Assembly (NCBI GenBank): GCA_903813345.2
Contig: CAIIXF020000001.1
Location: forward strand, 27,962,001 to 28,026,000
DNA: 64,000 bases
From: Owenia fusiformis
Lineage: Eukaryota
Direction: 5' to 3'
The notes under the pieces are model-generated. The model did no database searches, was not told where the DNA came from, and was given only the letters and a program-made list of their open reading frames with translations. Made by a program: the position numbers and the translations under genes. Within the stretch, counting starts at the first letter, position 1. The number at the start of each line of letters is the position of its first letter. This document shows positions 27,402-39,484 of this stretch, one piece after another.

Positions 27402-27958
27402 AGGGTGACGCATATCGTTTAGCAAATCGAACGCTCGTTTCTGGTGTTGCTCACCGTTTAGTATAAAAGGCCCGATCCCGGAATAATACTCAAGGGTTTA
27501 CAGGTTCGAGGTTCTAACTGTTATATAGCATAAGTATATTATAGATCGTCACACATTTATAAAAGGGTGATTTTTATTTTGACAAATCAATTCCACATTT
27601 ATGGGTGAAGTTTCAGGATCTTCTATTTGTGTATAATAAGGAAAAATTGGCATCTAAATTTCCCCATAACGTAATAGCACACAGCTTGGCATATGAAATA
27701 TCCTACAAATGAAACAAAGTAAGACAACCCGGTTTCTAATACAAGGATTTATATTGGCTGTTGTACATGTATTCTTTGAACGCAATCACTCTTTGGATAA
27801 CGTTTTCAAAATCATTATAAACGGATAACTTTATCTCAAAGACAATTTCAATAAACTGGATTTTACAGAACTCCCCTTATTTCTTAAAAATGGACTGATC
27901 CAGTTGATTCGCCTGGAGCCGCCATATTGTTTTTATACGGGATGCTAATCGGAACCCT
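27402..27958 (+). mobile_element. Second copy of the same Kolobok-like element at a different site
   Basis: Nearly identical to 4814-5387; TTAA on both sides. Confidence 0.85.
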
Positions 27959-30900
27959 TTAAATTGAGCTAGAAACTTCAAATAAAAAAAACATTTTAAA
28001 GCTCTTTTCTTCTTCTATCTAATGATTTTATTTTTTATGGGATATGGGGGGTTGCTGTTTTAAGACAGTTTTATTGGGCGCCCTAGCAATGGAGTTGATT
28101 TGCGATTCCTAAATAATTGTCATACTTTTCTTAATTTTGAGAATAAAATCCCATAATGATGGGCTTTTTGGTCACGTTTCCAGCTAGAAATACGCGTCAT
28201 GCTTTCAAACCATGCATTGCCGATAGATAGCCTTCATATCAATGGGTTTAATATGTATTTCAAAACATTTTGAACACTCCATTGCCCATGTATAACTTTA
28301 AAGTTATAACTTTAAAAGGTATTTAAACGTAATTATCAATTTGTAAAAATATACTTTAAATGTTCATCTTGTGAATAGATGGCAATTTAAACATGAGCAC
28401 AAATGTGCAGTTATAACTGGCCCTAACAATCAAGGTCTGTCGTCCAATCTCTCTTGATTGTAATTATTTTTTGTTTCATAGAGTTGTCATATTTTAGTTT
28501 GAGGTTGTACTGATCTACATAACATGAATGATATATTAAAAGCATCACTGTGTCTTGTGTAGGTTTTGTGTCTGTTGAATTTCAGCGTGACATGCACCTC
28601 GGATCCAAATACATAAAGACATTCATGATATACAACCCCGGGTATACAACATTCAAAATATACAAGGATCACTCCATAACAATTTCTATCCCATGGATTC
28701 TCAATATATATGGAGAAAACAACACAAGATAATTTTGGTATGCACCACTAAAATCGTATCCCACTGGTATCATACAAATATTTAATTCTACTAAGGTGAA
28801 TATCTGTGTACCTGATATTCCACGAAGCCCAAGTTTTCCATACACACAATCAGAAATGCTACACTTTATATATAAACTTTCATCTGGATAAAAATTGAAC
28901 ATCTTTGAGTCACTTCGAGCGCTGGTGTGCAGATGACAGCACTGGCAGATCCAGGGGAGGGGGTGGGCCCAGAAATACATTTAGGGCCTCAGAAAATGGG
29001 CCTTGTGTACATAAAATGGGGCTTAATTTTTTGCTGCCTCAAAATTTGCCCCCCCCCCCCCCCCCCCCCCTTCTTGTTAGATTCTGGATCCACCAGTTGA
29101 CAGGATGAAGCTTTCTTTGAAGAAGCTAGGTTAAGCGAATAACGCAGATGGGAGTAGGTCGTTACCAGTTTCAGCACCAGGTAGCTCGTTCGGGTCAGAT
29201 AGCATGGCGGGTATAGTAGAAAGTTCCCTTTAACATAAATTATATCTGTTTTAGTGGTTCAATTTTCATATAACCCTTATGTATCTCATAGTTATCCAAA
29301 TCATAATATGTCCAGTAAAAGAAAATGTTATCTGACCAAGACAAGAAAAGATATTTCACTTTTTGTGATTTTGTAATATGGGCTCTTTGGAGAATCAACC
29401 CGAACTAGAAGTCACATTTTCAAAAATAATTAAATTTTCAAACTTGATAAACAATTTTCAAAACCATATTTCGAGATTAACTTTTACATGTAGATTTCAA
29501 ATATGACATCACTTTGACTGGATTTTGAATATTTAATGACATAAATCAAGATTATTTCTATTGCATCTAGTCTAGTCAAAGGGTATCTTTGAGTATCTAA
29601 TACAACCTGGTCTCTTTGATCACATCATTGACCAATCAGAATACATTATAGAAATACCCTCATTAAAGCTCAGAGGGGGAGAAACACCAGGGTTCAAAGA
29701 TGACATACGCTTATAATGTAAATCTGTATTGAGATGACATCGTCGCTGATTGGTCAAAAGTCGACAAACAAATGACTTCATCAATGGCGGTTTCAAAATT
29801 TTCAAAATATGCTTCGAATAATATTACCTTCATTTCTGGCGTGTTAACCAATATCATAGCTTCTCATTTCACATCAAGATAAAAAAAAGGGGTACGGAAT
29901 ATGCCTATATCAATTAAAACATCCCATCGAAGTGTAGTATTTGATAACTAGCCGATGAAAATTCGAACGAACGAAGGTGGTAAGCAAGAGAAGTAATTAT
30001 GTCTGTCATCTTTAAACTCTGGGGCTTTCCCTCCTCTTATTAAAGCTTAATATAACCAGATTAAAAATAGATACAAATGCATTTCTGAATATATTGTATA
30101 TATATTTACTTATTTTATATATATTTAATAAATATAGTGTATACCTTGTAATTGCACAAAGTGACAATGGACCCTCTTCATATAAGTGATGTGTAAAGTA
30201 TTAGAGATTCAAATTATATAAGGGCTCAGGCCCGTAGCCGGGGGGGGGGGGGGGGGGTTCGCAGGATTCGGGCGAACCCCCCCCCCCCTGGCCAACATTT
30301 TATTATTGATTTTATTATTGATTTTAGCCATATTTGGGCCAACATTGTCAAATGTGAACCCCCCTGGAAATTTTTGAAAACTGAACCCCCTTGGCAAATC
30401 CTGGCTACGGGCCTGGGGCTGTTCCATTTAAATGGTAGAGTGGTCATAAATATATAAGAATGTGAAGGAGGTGGTAAAGATCAATGTGCCACAAATGTGG
30501 GGGATGTAAAATAAAAAGTGATTGTGGGGAGTATCAACATTTAACATTTGAATCACAAAAAAACTTTCAAAATTTTAACCTTTAGGTCTGCCCATTCTGA
30601 CATTTTTTAATGAAATAGCCCAAACTCCAAAAACTGAATTATATAATATTGATATAAGCCTACACTGTGTATGTTGTAAATAATTGCACATTCCCAGTAT
30701 GATGTATGTGTCTGGCCATTACATTTGAAAAATAACCTCTATATAGTAATGACTGTACATTGAAAATTAATACTTTATAATAGCATTCAAATAATAATAT
30801 TCATTATCCAAACATAAACCCTTTCTTATCTCTATGTCAAATGGTCGGATAGATATACATATTTTTTTCTTGAGATGAATTCTATTTCTATGTTCTCTTA

Positions 30901-31367
30901 TTATGAAATAGACCATTGTGTATGTATGCTACCATCTACTGTTGCAATACCCTACAACCAAGATTATCCATCCAAATACTGTATTTTAAAATACTGTACT
31001 GTTATATTGGGCTACCCACATCTTGGCAAATGTCAAATGTAAAAGAAAAAATTAACTTATATACTTTAGACACAGCAATTCATATAATACTATACTAATA
31101 TATGGTACTACTGTACCCAGGTAAATATGGTATAGACTAGACACTCTTTCAAAAAATTTTGTATGCAACAGTGCAAATTCAATTTTACTAATTGTCATTT
31201 GACTACTAGATAGTATGGCAAGAACATGAAATACCAAATTTACAAGGGCTTCAAAAGCAGCATGTCCACTGTTAAAGTCAATATTGTATATCTAAACTCG
31301 TTGTGATGCACCCTGTTTTAAGTGAGATTCACCATTTCAAGCTTGATGCACCATGTTCCAAGTCTTA

Positions 31368-34300
31368 TCACCACTTAGCTACAGGGTAGGCTGTTCCAAT
31401 ACCCATATCATGTGGATAACAATGCAATTCTATATTAAACAGATCTCCTATCTTAATGGGAACGCGTGAACCTTTCCCAGATAAAAAGACAATGGTGTAT
31501 AGGGCCAGTTCAAACTCTGGGCTAGTTCCAATGAAACTGGATCCTATGGGTTTACCTTGACCATTTTTCCAACTGAACTGAAGAGTCAGCAGTCTGGGGT
31601 CTTCACCTTCCTCCTGCAAATACATGTAAAAGGCTGCAGGGTGTGTGGGCCACAAAAATTGAGTTGATCCTCTTTCAACCTGATTATGGGATTTGCTAAA
31701 CTAGGCAAAAAATAAATAATCAGATTTTAAATCATTGATTTTCAATAAAATCACACGAAAATAAAATACTCTCGTTTTCAAGCATTTCGTTCCATTTGTG
31801 CACTTACCTCACTCACTGTGCCTCTCCTAAAGTAGCCTTTGTAGTCAATGTTACCATGTTTCTCCTGCAGGTAGAGCTGCACCCAGTTGTGGAAACCAAT
31901 CACTCTATGACCACGTGTCTCACCAACAAACACATGTTCAAAACTGCTCGAGTCATTTTCCCTACAAATATCACAATACTTCAACTTTAAGTCAGTGAAA
32001 CTATCACAACATTGAGGCAAAGTCCCTGCAAATATCAGAACTCTGTTCAAATAATCAAAGCCCTTATAAATATCAGAGCACATGTTAGCACATCCAGATC
32101 AGATCTCTGTTTTAAGTCATTCTTAATATCAGGACATAGAGCTATCAATTTCAGGATACTAATACATGTAAGTGTCAAGGTACCATTAAATATGAGGATA
32201 TGTGTACATGTACATTGAAATTGAATTAAAATCCATGTTGAGAAGCTGTCAAGACAAATTGGCTGAGGCAAGGCTAGATCATTACTCACAAACAGCATTT
32301 AAAGCATGATAATAATAAACGAATAAAAATTTCTGAGCTGTCATATTCTTGTTTGGAGTTGTTCTGAGTGAAAACATACCTAAGTTGATATCAAAACTGA
32401 TCTGTTTTGCACTTAAAATTTCAATGGCACATTTAACACCAGACGCATTTAAAACCTACATGTATGTACATGTATGCATCCTTATTGTATTTGCTGTATC
32501 AAAGCTAGAACGTACTCATCTTCCCTAGATCTCTTATAAAGTTTGAACCAGATGTCATAAAGCTGTTGTCTGAATTCATCAGGATCTTCAGGCGATTGTT
32601 CCAGACCAACCAGATATTGGTGGGCTTCCTTCATAAGGTCTGTTTCCAATATCTAAACACAAAAATTAAAATTCATTTATTAAAACAGATAAATTTAGAA
32701 AATCATGATAGACCCGATTACAAAGTATATTTCCGACTTTAAGTGCCCAGCTGCATTCAATTCATAAACTTCCAAAAGGCTTTGAAAGCTTCATTTAAGA
32801 TTACTACTGAGATTACTTATTAGTATGACTTGTGACCAAATCGTAAGCTACGACGGTTCCAAAAATGGAGAACAACTTACTGCATCTAAGAACTCCCAGT
32901 TTTCGGCTTCCTCCTCCTCCGTGATTACCTCACCTCTCCCAGTTTCACTCTCATAGTTGTCTAGTAGCTTTCTAAATGCTGAAACAATAATCATATACAA
33001 TATACATGTACTTTCAACAAGACGAATGATTGCACTTTTATGGAGAGCAAATGGCCAGATTGCAAAGTACATGTACATCTACATGTATCATGCCCTAGAA
33101 CTAGTTCCCTTTTGCAGCTATAAAAATTCAATGGATAAATCAATAGGGGGCCTACTGGTTTATTTTATCTGAGAATAATAAGATTTCAAGTTTAAAAAAT
33201 AAATGGATGAAATTTTTTAAAGGAGGAGGGAAAGTATCGCAACAGATTTCAGACAGTCATATTTTGGATTTTGGCTATTTTCTGAGGATTTAAACAGGTG
33301 CATTTTATGTTAGGCCAATGCATCATCTCCAGGAAAAGCACTCATAGAGATGATAAAATAATTTTGACTTTGAGACAGGGAAGATGCAAACAACCCACCC
33401 ACATGTTTTTTCTGAAATGTTGTCCTGATTTTCAACCCCTTCCATCCCTGCTTTTCCAATTTTTGTTGCATCAATATGTTGCATTTTGACACACAATTAA
33501 ACCCTTTAAAGAAGTAATTCCTCCAGGGGTTTTAAAGATTTCTATTATAGGTGACCAAAATTAGCTGAAAGCAATGGATCGCATGATTTTTCCCTATGGG
33601 AAAATAACATTGGGAATATTGTTTTTCTTTTTATCGAAGATGAATCACTTATTCCTTTAAAGGGGTTAACTGTGCCTTTAAATGCAATATATTGATGCAA
33701 AAAAAATGTTATTTGACAATTCACTGATGAGGGTCATCTCTATATAAACTTCCATTGAAGGTGAGGTTATCTTTGAACTCTGGGGTTTCCCTCCTCTTCA
33801 TTCTTATCAAAGAATATTCATTGGTTCCATGGGAATTATTTTGTCATAGTTAAAGCGGCTCTAAGGTCTGTGGAGAGAAAAATGGAGAAATTTTACCTTT
33901 TCTGAGCTATCAGGGTGAAGTTTGGTCCAACATCTTCTTCCTTATTCCTATTTTATAAAAATGTATGCATATGGCAATATTCATCAACCAGTAGAACTGG
34001 CAAATCGTTTAGAATCTACAATTCCATACAAGGAGTCCCACTCATAGATTTTTCAAATTCTTTCCAAGTCGACGTCGAAACACCTAGCGGGTGAAATTGA
34101 AACTAATTTTTCTGGCTGCTCGAATCGATAAAATCTCTGATAGTGTGAGTCTTTTTATGAAATCTTTCTGATAGAAAACACTTAATTAATATTAGAAAGC
34201 ATGAAATGTTGAATCCGAAGCGTAATCTGAAATAAAAGTGAAAAAACATTGCACGGACGTCAGAGAAAAACTTCCGGTTTAATAAAAAATGGCGGACGTC

Positions 34301-36916
34301 GAAGGAGAAATTATGACGAAGAATTAGAGGATTTTCCTTTGCCATTATCGATCGTTATAAGGTATGTGCACAAATTCTAGTAGCATACATGGAAAATAGA
34401 TACATTTTTAAAGGCAACAACATATTCAAAGCTTTCATTTTACGATAGGCCCAGGATCATTGGATACGACTCGGCAATCGATACTCCCACTTTAAAGAAC
34501 AACAGATTCATAAATCTAGATTTAAATAGATTCATGAATTCATCTGAAGAATACGTAAACAGAAATGCACCAGACTCATAGATAATGAAGAGGCAATGAC
34601 ATGTTCATGTACGTACCATTGTATGTTGGTCTGCTGAAAACATCATCTTCTGCAACCCATCTGAAAAGGTTATACCATGCACGGTCAACCTCAGACATCT
34701 CCCTTGCATTTTTAACATAACCTGCAAATAACCAATAAGAAAAAAAATCATTATGGTTATTTGAAGCAATGCTCTACAGTTCAATGTCAAAATGTCAGAA
34801 AAATATGTTTTCATCAAAATATCAGGTAATCTGGAACTAGAATCCTGATGATTGTAAAAAAATCCGAATTTAAAACAGTATGATAATAAGACATACATGA
34901 CATAAAGGAAGTGAGATTTTAACTCACTTTTTTCTTACCCTGTTTGTCAATATCATATTCTATGCCTGACTCACACCGGTTCACATCCATGTCCCATAAC
35001 TTTGTGATAAGCTCTGATAGTTCTTCATCTGGTTCATATCTACAACAAATACAAGAAGTTGGATTAACTCTGGAAGACCAATCAAATGTGACAAACTGAT
35101 AGACCAATCAAATGTGATGAACTCAATTAAACAAGTCAAATTACAGGCAAAATATGATGAACTCAGATAGTCAGATCAAATGTAATTTACTCGATGAAAT
35201 GTGATCAACTCATTAGACAAATCAAATATGAAAAACTCAGAAAGACATTTGATACCAAGACAGGTCAAATGTGATTAACTCAGATAGACAGGTCAATAAT
35301 GATTAACTCATATAGACCAATCAAATGTATCAATTAAGTTAGCCAAGTCAAATGTGATAAATTCAGATAGACAGGTCAAATGTGATGAACCAATGGCGTA
35401 GCGTCATATACGCAAAAAACGCCATTGCGTACTATCAAATTTGAAAGAAAAATGATTTTTTATAATGAACTGCCCTGCACTTTAAAAATACTGGATAGAT
35501 CTTAAATAGTAAGATAATAGTAACAGTAACAATCATATATGAAAAACAAAATAAATGATTTGTTCTAATCCTGTGTTGTTTGTTTTTTAATTGTGTTGTA
35601 ATAATCTAAATTTTCTCTCTGATCGACAATGGACGAGGACTGGTTGAGTGCCTTGGCGTTGCTTCATATTCACAGAGACTGTTCCAAAGATACAAATGTC
35701 GAAAGAGTCATTGAAAAATTCAGCAACTCCAAAAACAGGTGTGTGAACCTTATATTATAATGAATGTGATACGTGTTTAATATGACAGTTTAACAGTTAT
35801 TATACTTATAAACAATGAGTTTACAGTTATAAACAATAAAATGACGCCAACGAGTTTTATTTCCAAGAAGCACCTATTTCGTCTTGCCATTATTTTTGAA
35901 ACAGGTTCATGTAATCATAAAATATTGGATAAAATAATAATTTACATTTAATTGGTCCAGATTAAGTCGGAATTTCGTATTTCAAACCGACCCAGGACGC
36001 TTCAAATGCAATCTCATTTTAAAATTTTCTTGGGGGAGAACCCCCCCCCAAACCCCCCTCGAACTCGTTCACTTCGCTCACTCATGGCATACTCTCACAA
36101 AATACCCACGCTACGCCTCTGTGAACTCAGATGGACCAATCAAATGTATCAATTCAGTTAGCCAAGTCAAATTTGATAAACTGACAGGTCAAATGTGATA
36201 CACTAGATGGACCAACCAAATGTAATCAAACACAGCCAAGTCAAGTGTGATAAACTCAGATAGACAGGTCAATTACATATGATAGACGCTGACAAATTAA
36301 TATATATTCTGACAATCCTCATGAGCAACTTAATAATTAAATATGTATACTCTAAGCTATATGCCAATTGTAATTCAGCTTGTGAAAACGTTCTAGTTTA
36401 ATGACATACAAGCATTACATGTGTATAGGGTAGGGCTATTTTATTATTCAAGAAATATATGAATGACATTGAACCTTGAAGTAAATAGATAACTGAAGAA
36501 TCAAACTCCTTATCTTCAACCAGCATAATATAATGGGATTTATAAACTTTAGAATTAACACTACTTTCAACAACTCAAGAGGTGTAAAAAATATTAAATG
36601 ACTTTGGTCACAGACGTTATTTTCAGAACATGGCACTTTGGGTTAATAGAAGAATTAATACTTAACAATTATTTATGAAATAATTTCATAAAAGGCACTC
36701 CTGACCTTGATTATGAATTCAAGATTATTTGACTCCATGAACACTTGCTGATGAATACTTTTTCGTAATTTTATCCGCTTTCTTCTTTAATGGTTGCTTG
36801 TTGTCAAAAATTCTACAGAAAAACAGCAAATAATTATACTCCTCATCGCATTTAATTTTTTATTTGACGATTTGATGTAGCATGTATGACACATGAAAAA
36901 CTCACCTTTTAGCCAT
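31368..36916 (-). CDS. ENDOU: Poly(U)-specific endoribonuclease, EndoU/XendoU family, ~280-283 aa, 7 coding exons
   Basis: Exons with GT-AG ends and consistent phases: 36916-36906 (MAK, least certain), 35039-34939, 34721-34617, 32978-32881, 32652-32516, 31961-31808 (or 31817), 31613-31368. Protein has LWDMDVNR, PTYNAFRKLLDNYE, IWFKLY, SSSFEHVFVGE, GFHNWVQLYLQEK and KPIGSSFIGTSPEFELALYT, so the His-His-Lys catalytic motifs are present. Confidence 0.93.
33501..33665. mobile_element. piggyBac-like MITE in an EndoU intron, inside an older inverted repeat
   Basis: TTAA|ACCCTTTAAAG...CTTTAAAGGGG|TTAA; flanks TGCATCAATAT/ATATTGATGCA are also inverted. Confidence 0.65.
33854..34491. mobile_element. 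Probable Kolobok-like non-autonomous element in an EndoU intron
   Basis: TTAA|AGCGG...CCCACT|TTAA; CpG-richer interior. No empty site available for comparison. Confidence 0.45.
35075..36272. repeat. Degenerate ~28-bp minisatellite interrupted by the hAT element
   Basis: Repeated CAAATGTGAT(G/T)AACTCAGATAGACAGGT at 35075-35390 and 36122-36272. Confidence 0.8.
35391..36121 (+). mobile_element. Internally deleted hAT element retaining the transposase C-terminus
   Basis: TIR CAATGGCGTAGCGT/ACGCTACGCCTCTG; 5-bp TSD TGAAC. 35623-35760 encodes STMDEDWLSALALLHIHRD...VIEKFSNSKNR, the hAT dimerisation-region tail. Confidence 0.85.
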
Positions 36917-36974
36917 ATCTAATTGTAATATTACACTCCTTAAATGTAACTGTTGGATGGAAACAACTGCCATA

Positions 36975-37189
36975 CTGTACTTCTACTTAATTTGGCGGCA
37001 GTTTTAATTTGCCGAATTTGCCAAATTAAGTGGCTGCCAAATTCCCTGGTAATTTTAGTAGTAGTACCATGTAAATTAGAACCATTAATACATTGTAATA
37101 TTGCAAGAGTCTGCCAAATTAGTAACTGCCAGATGTTCAAAACAGCAAATCCGCCAAAATAAGTAGCGCCAAATTAAGTAGAAGTACAG
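36975..37189. mobile_element. Tc1/mariner (pogo/Tc2-type) MITE just upstream of the EndoU start
   Basis: TA|CTGTACTTCTACTTAATTTGGCG...CGCCAAATTAAGTAGAAGTACAG|TA, perfect 23-bp TIR. Confidence 0.85.
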
Positions 37190-38164
37190 TATAGGAATAT
37201 AATATACCAGGTTAGGTATCTTATTTTATACAGGATTGGTGTGGGTTCCAGGATATTATCTAAGATGCATTGAATTAAAATGAAACCCCTATTTGTTTTC
37301 TATTGATCACTTATTACATGTAATATATTCCTATCGGGCGTGCTAATCCACTAGAAAGTTTGATTTGTTCATTCTATAATCAGGCCTCCTAGACTTCCAA
37401 CAACGCGAACATCAGTTCTGATACCGCGAACTACGTTCCTTGCACTCGAACCACGAATCTCATATCGCGAACGTGAAATCTTATGTCGCGCACCACCATT
37501 TCCTTGTTTCCGAACATATTTCTTGTACCTCGCACAGAGATCCGTTACCGCGAACAATTTGTACATAATACATCCGGGTGTTTGGGATTCCAAGTTACAT
37601 GTATATACCATGCAACGGATTGAAACAAGGAAACGAAATTCAGTTTCTCCTCCGCTTTCGCCGGACTTTCGTTCCTTTGAAAAGCATGCAAGATTAACAT
37701 CCACGCCCCGAGTTGGCAGGGCTTTTAAATGATGTGTCAAAGGACAGCACTGCGTCCCACAGTCATTCATTTTTGGGATCAGAGAGTATCTGCGCACGGT
37801 GTGGTGTAATAGGAGATGTCAACAACAACGAAAGTGTAGAGGTGTGTGATAACTGTGGTTGGACCAGAAACTGTCTTGACACTAGTATATCACACGCTTG
37901 CACCGATGATGATGTTCCCGACATCCATTTTTGTGACTCATGTGGATGGCAGAGAGACTCAGCTTAGATCTAGGTAGATCTACCGTTTTTGTATAGTTAA
38001 TCTTTTTTCTTATAATGGTTTAATTAGGTGCCATGGTAGTTAACAGGAAATGACAAAACAGGAAGTGACAAAACCATGCTGGATTTCAAACATTTTTTGA
38101 ACCAAGATATCAGAGTTCTGCTTTGACTTCCAGTCAGTTTAACTAGTTCCACATACCATTTACA

Positions 38165-39484
38165 TGACCATGATCACAATGACCATGGTCAGAATGACCC
38201 AAGACATGATAAAATTAATTTTTCAGCCCTCTGAAATTTGTGACTGAAAAATATATAAAAGTAGGAGCTTGGGAAAGGTCACTGAACAGAATCTCTTGCA
38301 TTTTTCAGAAAATGTGCCTAATATATTGACGTGTCGCAAAAAGGTCGCGCACGCATTGTTACACATTTTAGCTTTTTAACACCACAGAATGTGACGTTTT
38401 TTGAGAAAAATGTACACATATGGAAATCATTTCGTCCTCCACATTTGCCTCTATATCTCAAAATATGTAAGGTGAATAACTCTGATATCGTATATGTATT
38501 AACAATGGGATAGGAGCATCATAAAACACGAATCAATTGATATTTTAGGTGAAATAAATATACGTGTTGCTGTGCTTGAAAATAGGCGAATGGCGTAAAT
38601 TAGCCCTATTTTAATGAATTTTGAAAACCTTTCGTCCTCCACTTTTCCACATACAACAGAAAACACATACTTTTGCGAACAAAATCAACTAAATTTATTA
38701 ATAAACTAGAGTTTAAGAGCAAAATAATCAGGTATGATTTATTAAAAATTGATCTCGCATTTTTTGTTTAATGTACACCTGAAAAGTTGAAGATAACAAA
38801 AAATGAGTATTTTTCAAACTCTATGACGTCACAATATGGGACGCTAATGTCCATCTACCTTTATCAAGACAAAAAATAAGTATAATAGTCATATATTGTT
38901 TGAGTTATAAGCGTTTAAAGACGAAAAATAATTCAAAATGTAACATGTCAACAGGGGATATTTGCCAGATGTTTTGGTAAAAAACTCTTTTTTTAAAAAG
39001 AACGCGCAAGAATCGTGAATGGAGTGTAGTTGATCTAAAAACTTCATCGAAACAGCTTTAAAATGATATATAACTTTAATTAGAATATTATCTTATAATC
39101 CGGGGAATCAAAGTTACATTCACGCGATACCCTTAAAAAACAAATGCGCCACCTTTTTGCGACACGTCATTGCTCTCAGTGAAACAATATTGGGAAATTT
39201 GATATCATTCGTTGAAAAAGAAAAGAATGAAACAAACTGAATTGAAAAGCGATATTTTTCCTTTTCATGACCGCCATTTTTCAGACAAGTTTCTAAAATT
39301 TTAAAGATTGTATCATTTAGAACAATATATTGGGCACATTTTCTGAAAAATTCAAAAGATCCTGTTCATTGACCTTTCCTATGCTCCTACTTAAAGCTAT
39401 TTACATTGACCTTTTCAGAGGGCTGAAAAAGTTATTTCATCATGTCTAGGGTCATTCTGACCATGGTCAGTGTGATCCTGGTCA
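38165..39484. mobile_element. Nested element with ~165-bp diverged inverted repeats
   Basis: 38165-38328 is approximately the reverse complement of 39322-39484. Confidence 0.7.
38328..39168. mobile_element. Innermost nested MITE
   Basis: GACGTGTCGCAAAAAGGT/ACCTTTTTGCGACACGTC TIR; ATT direct repeat on the flanks. Confidence 0.75.

Larger units (their letters stand above)
612..31238. repeat. Recent tandem segmental duplication (~9.5 kb core unit, three partial copies)
   Basis: 3071-8593 matches 22374-28413. 16816-19865 matches 28431-31205. 612-3072 matches parts of both. Junction at 21763/21764 is equivalent to 31238. Confidence 0.92.

Noticed and set aside
31368-36916. EndoU as a viral NendoU or bacterial toxin/defence gene
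   Set aside because: Canonical spliceosomal introns and the eukaryotic XendoU-type N-terminal region.
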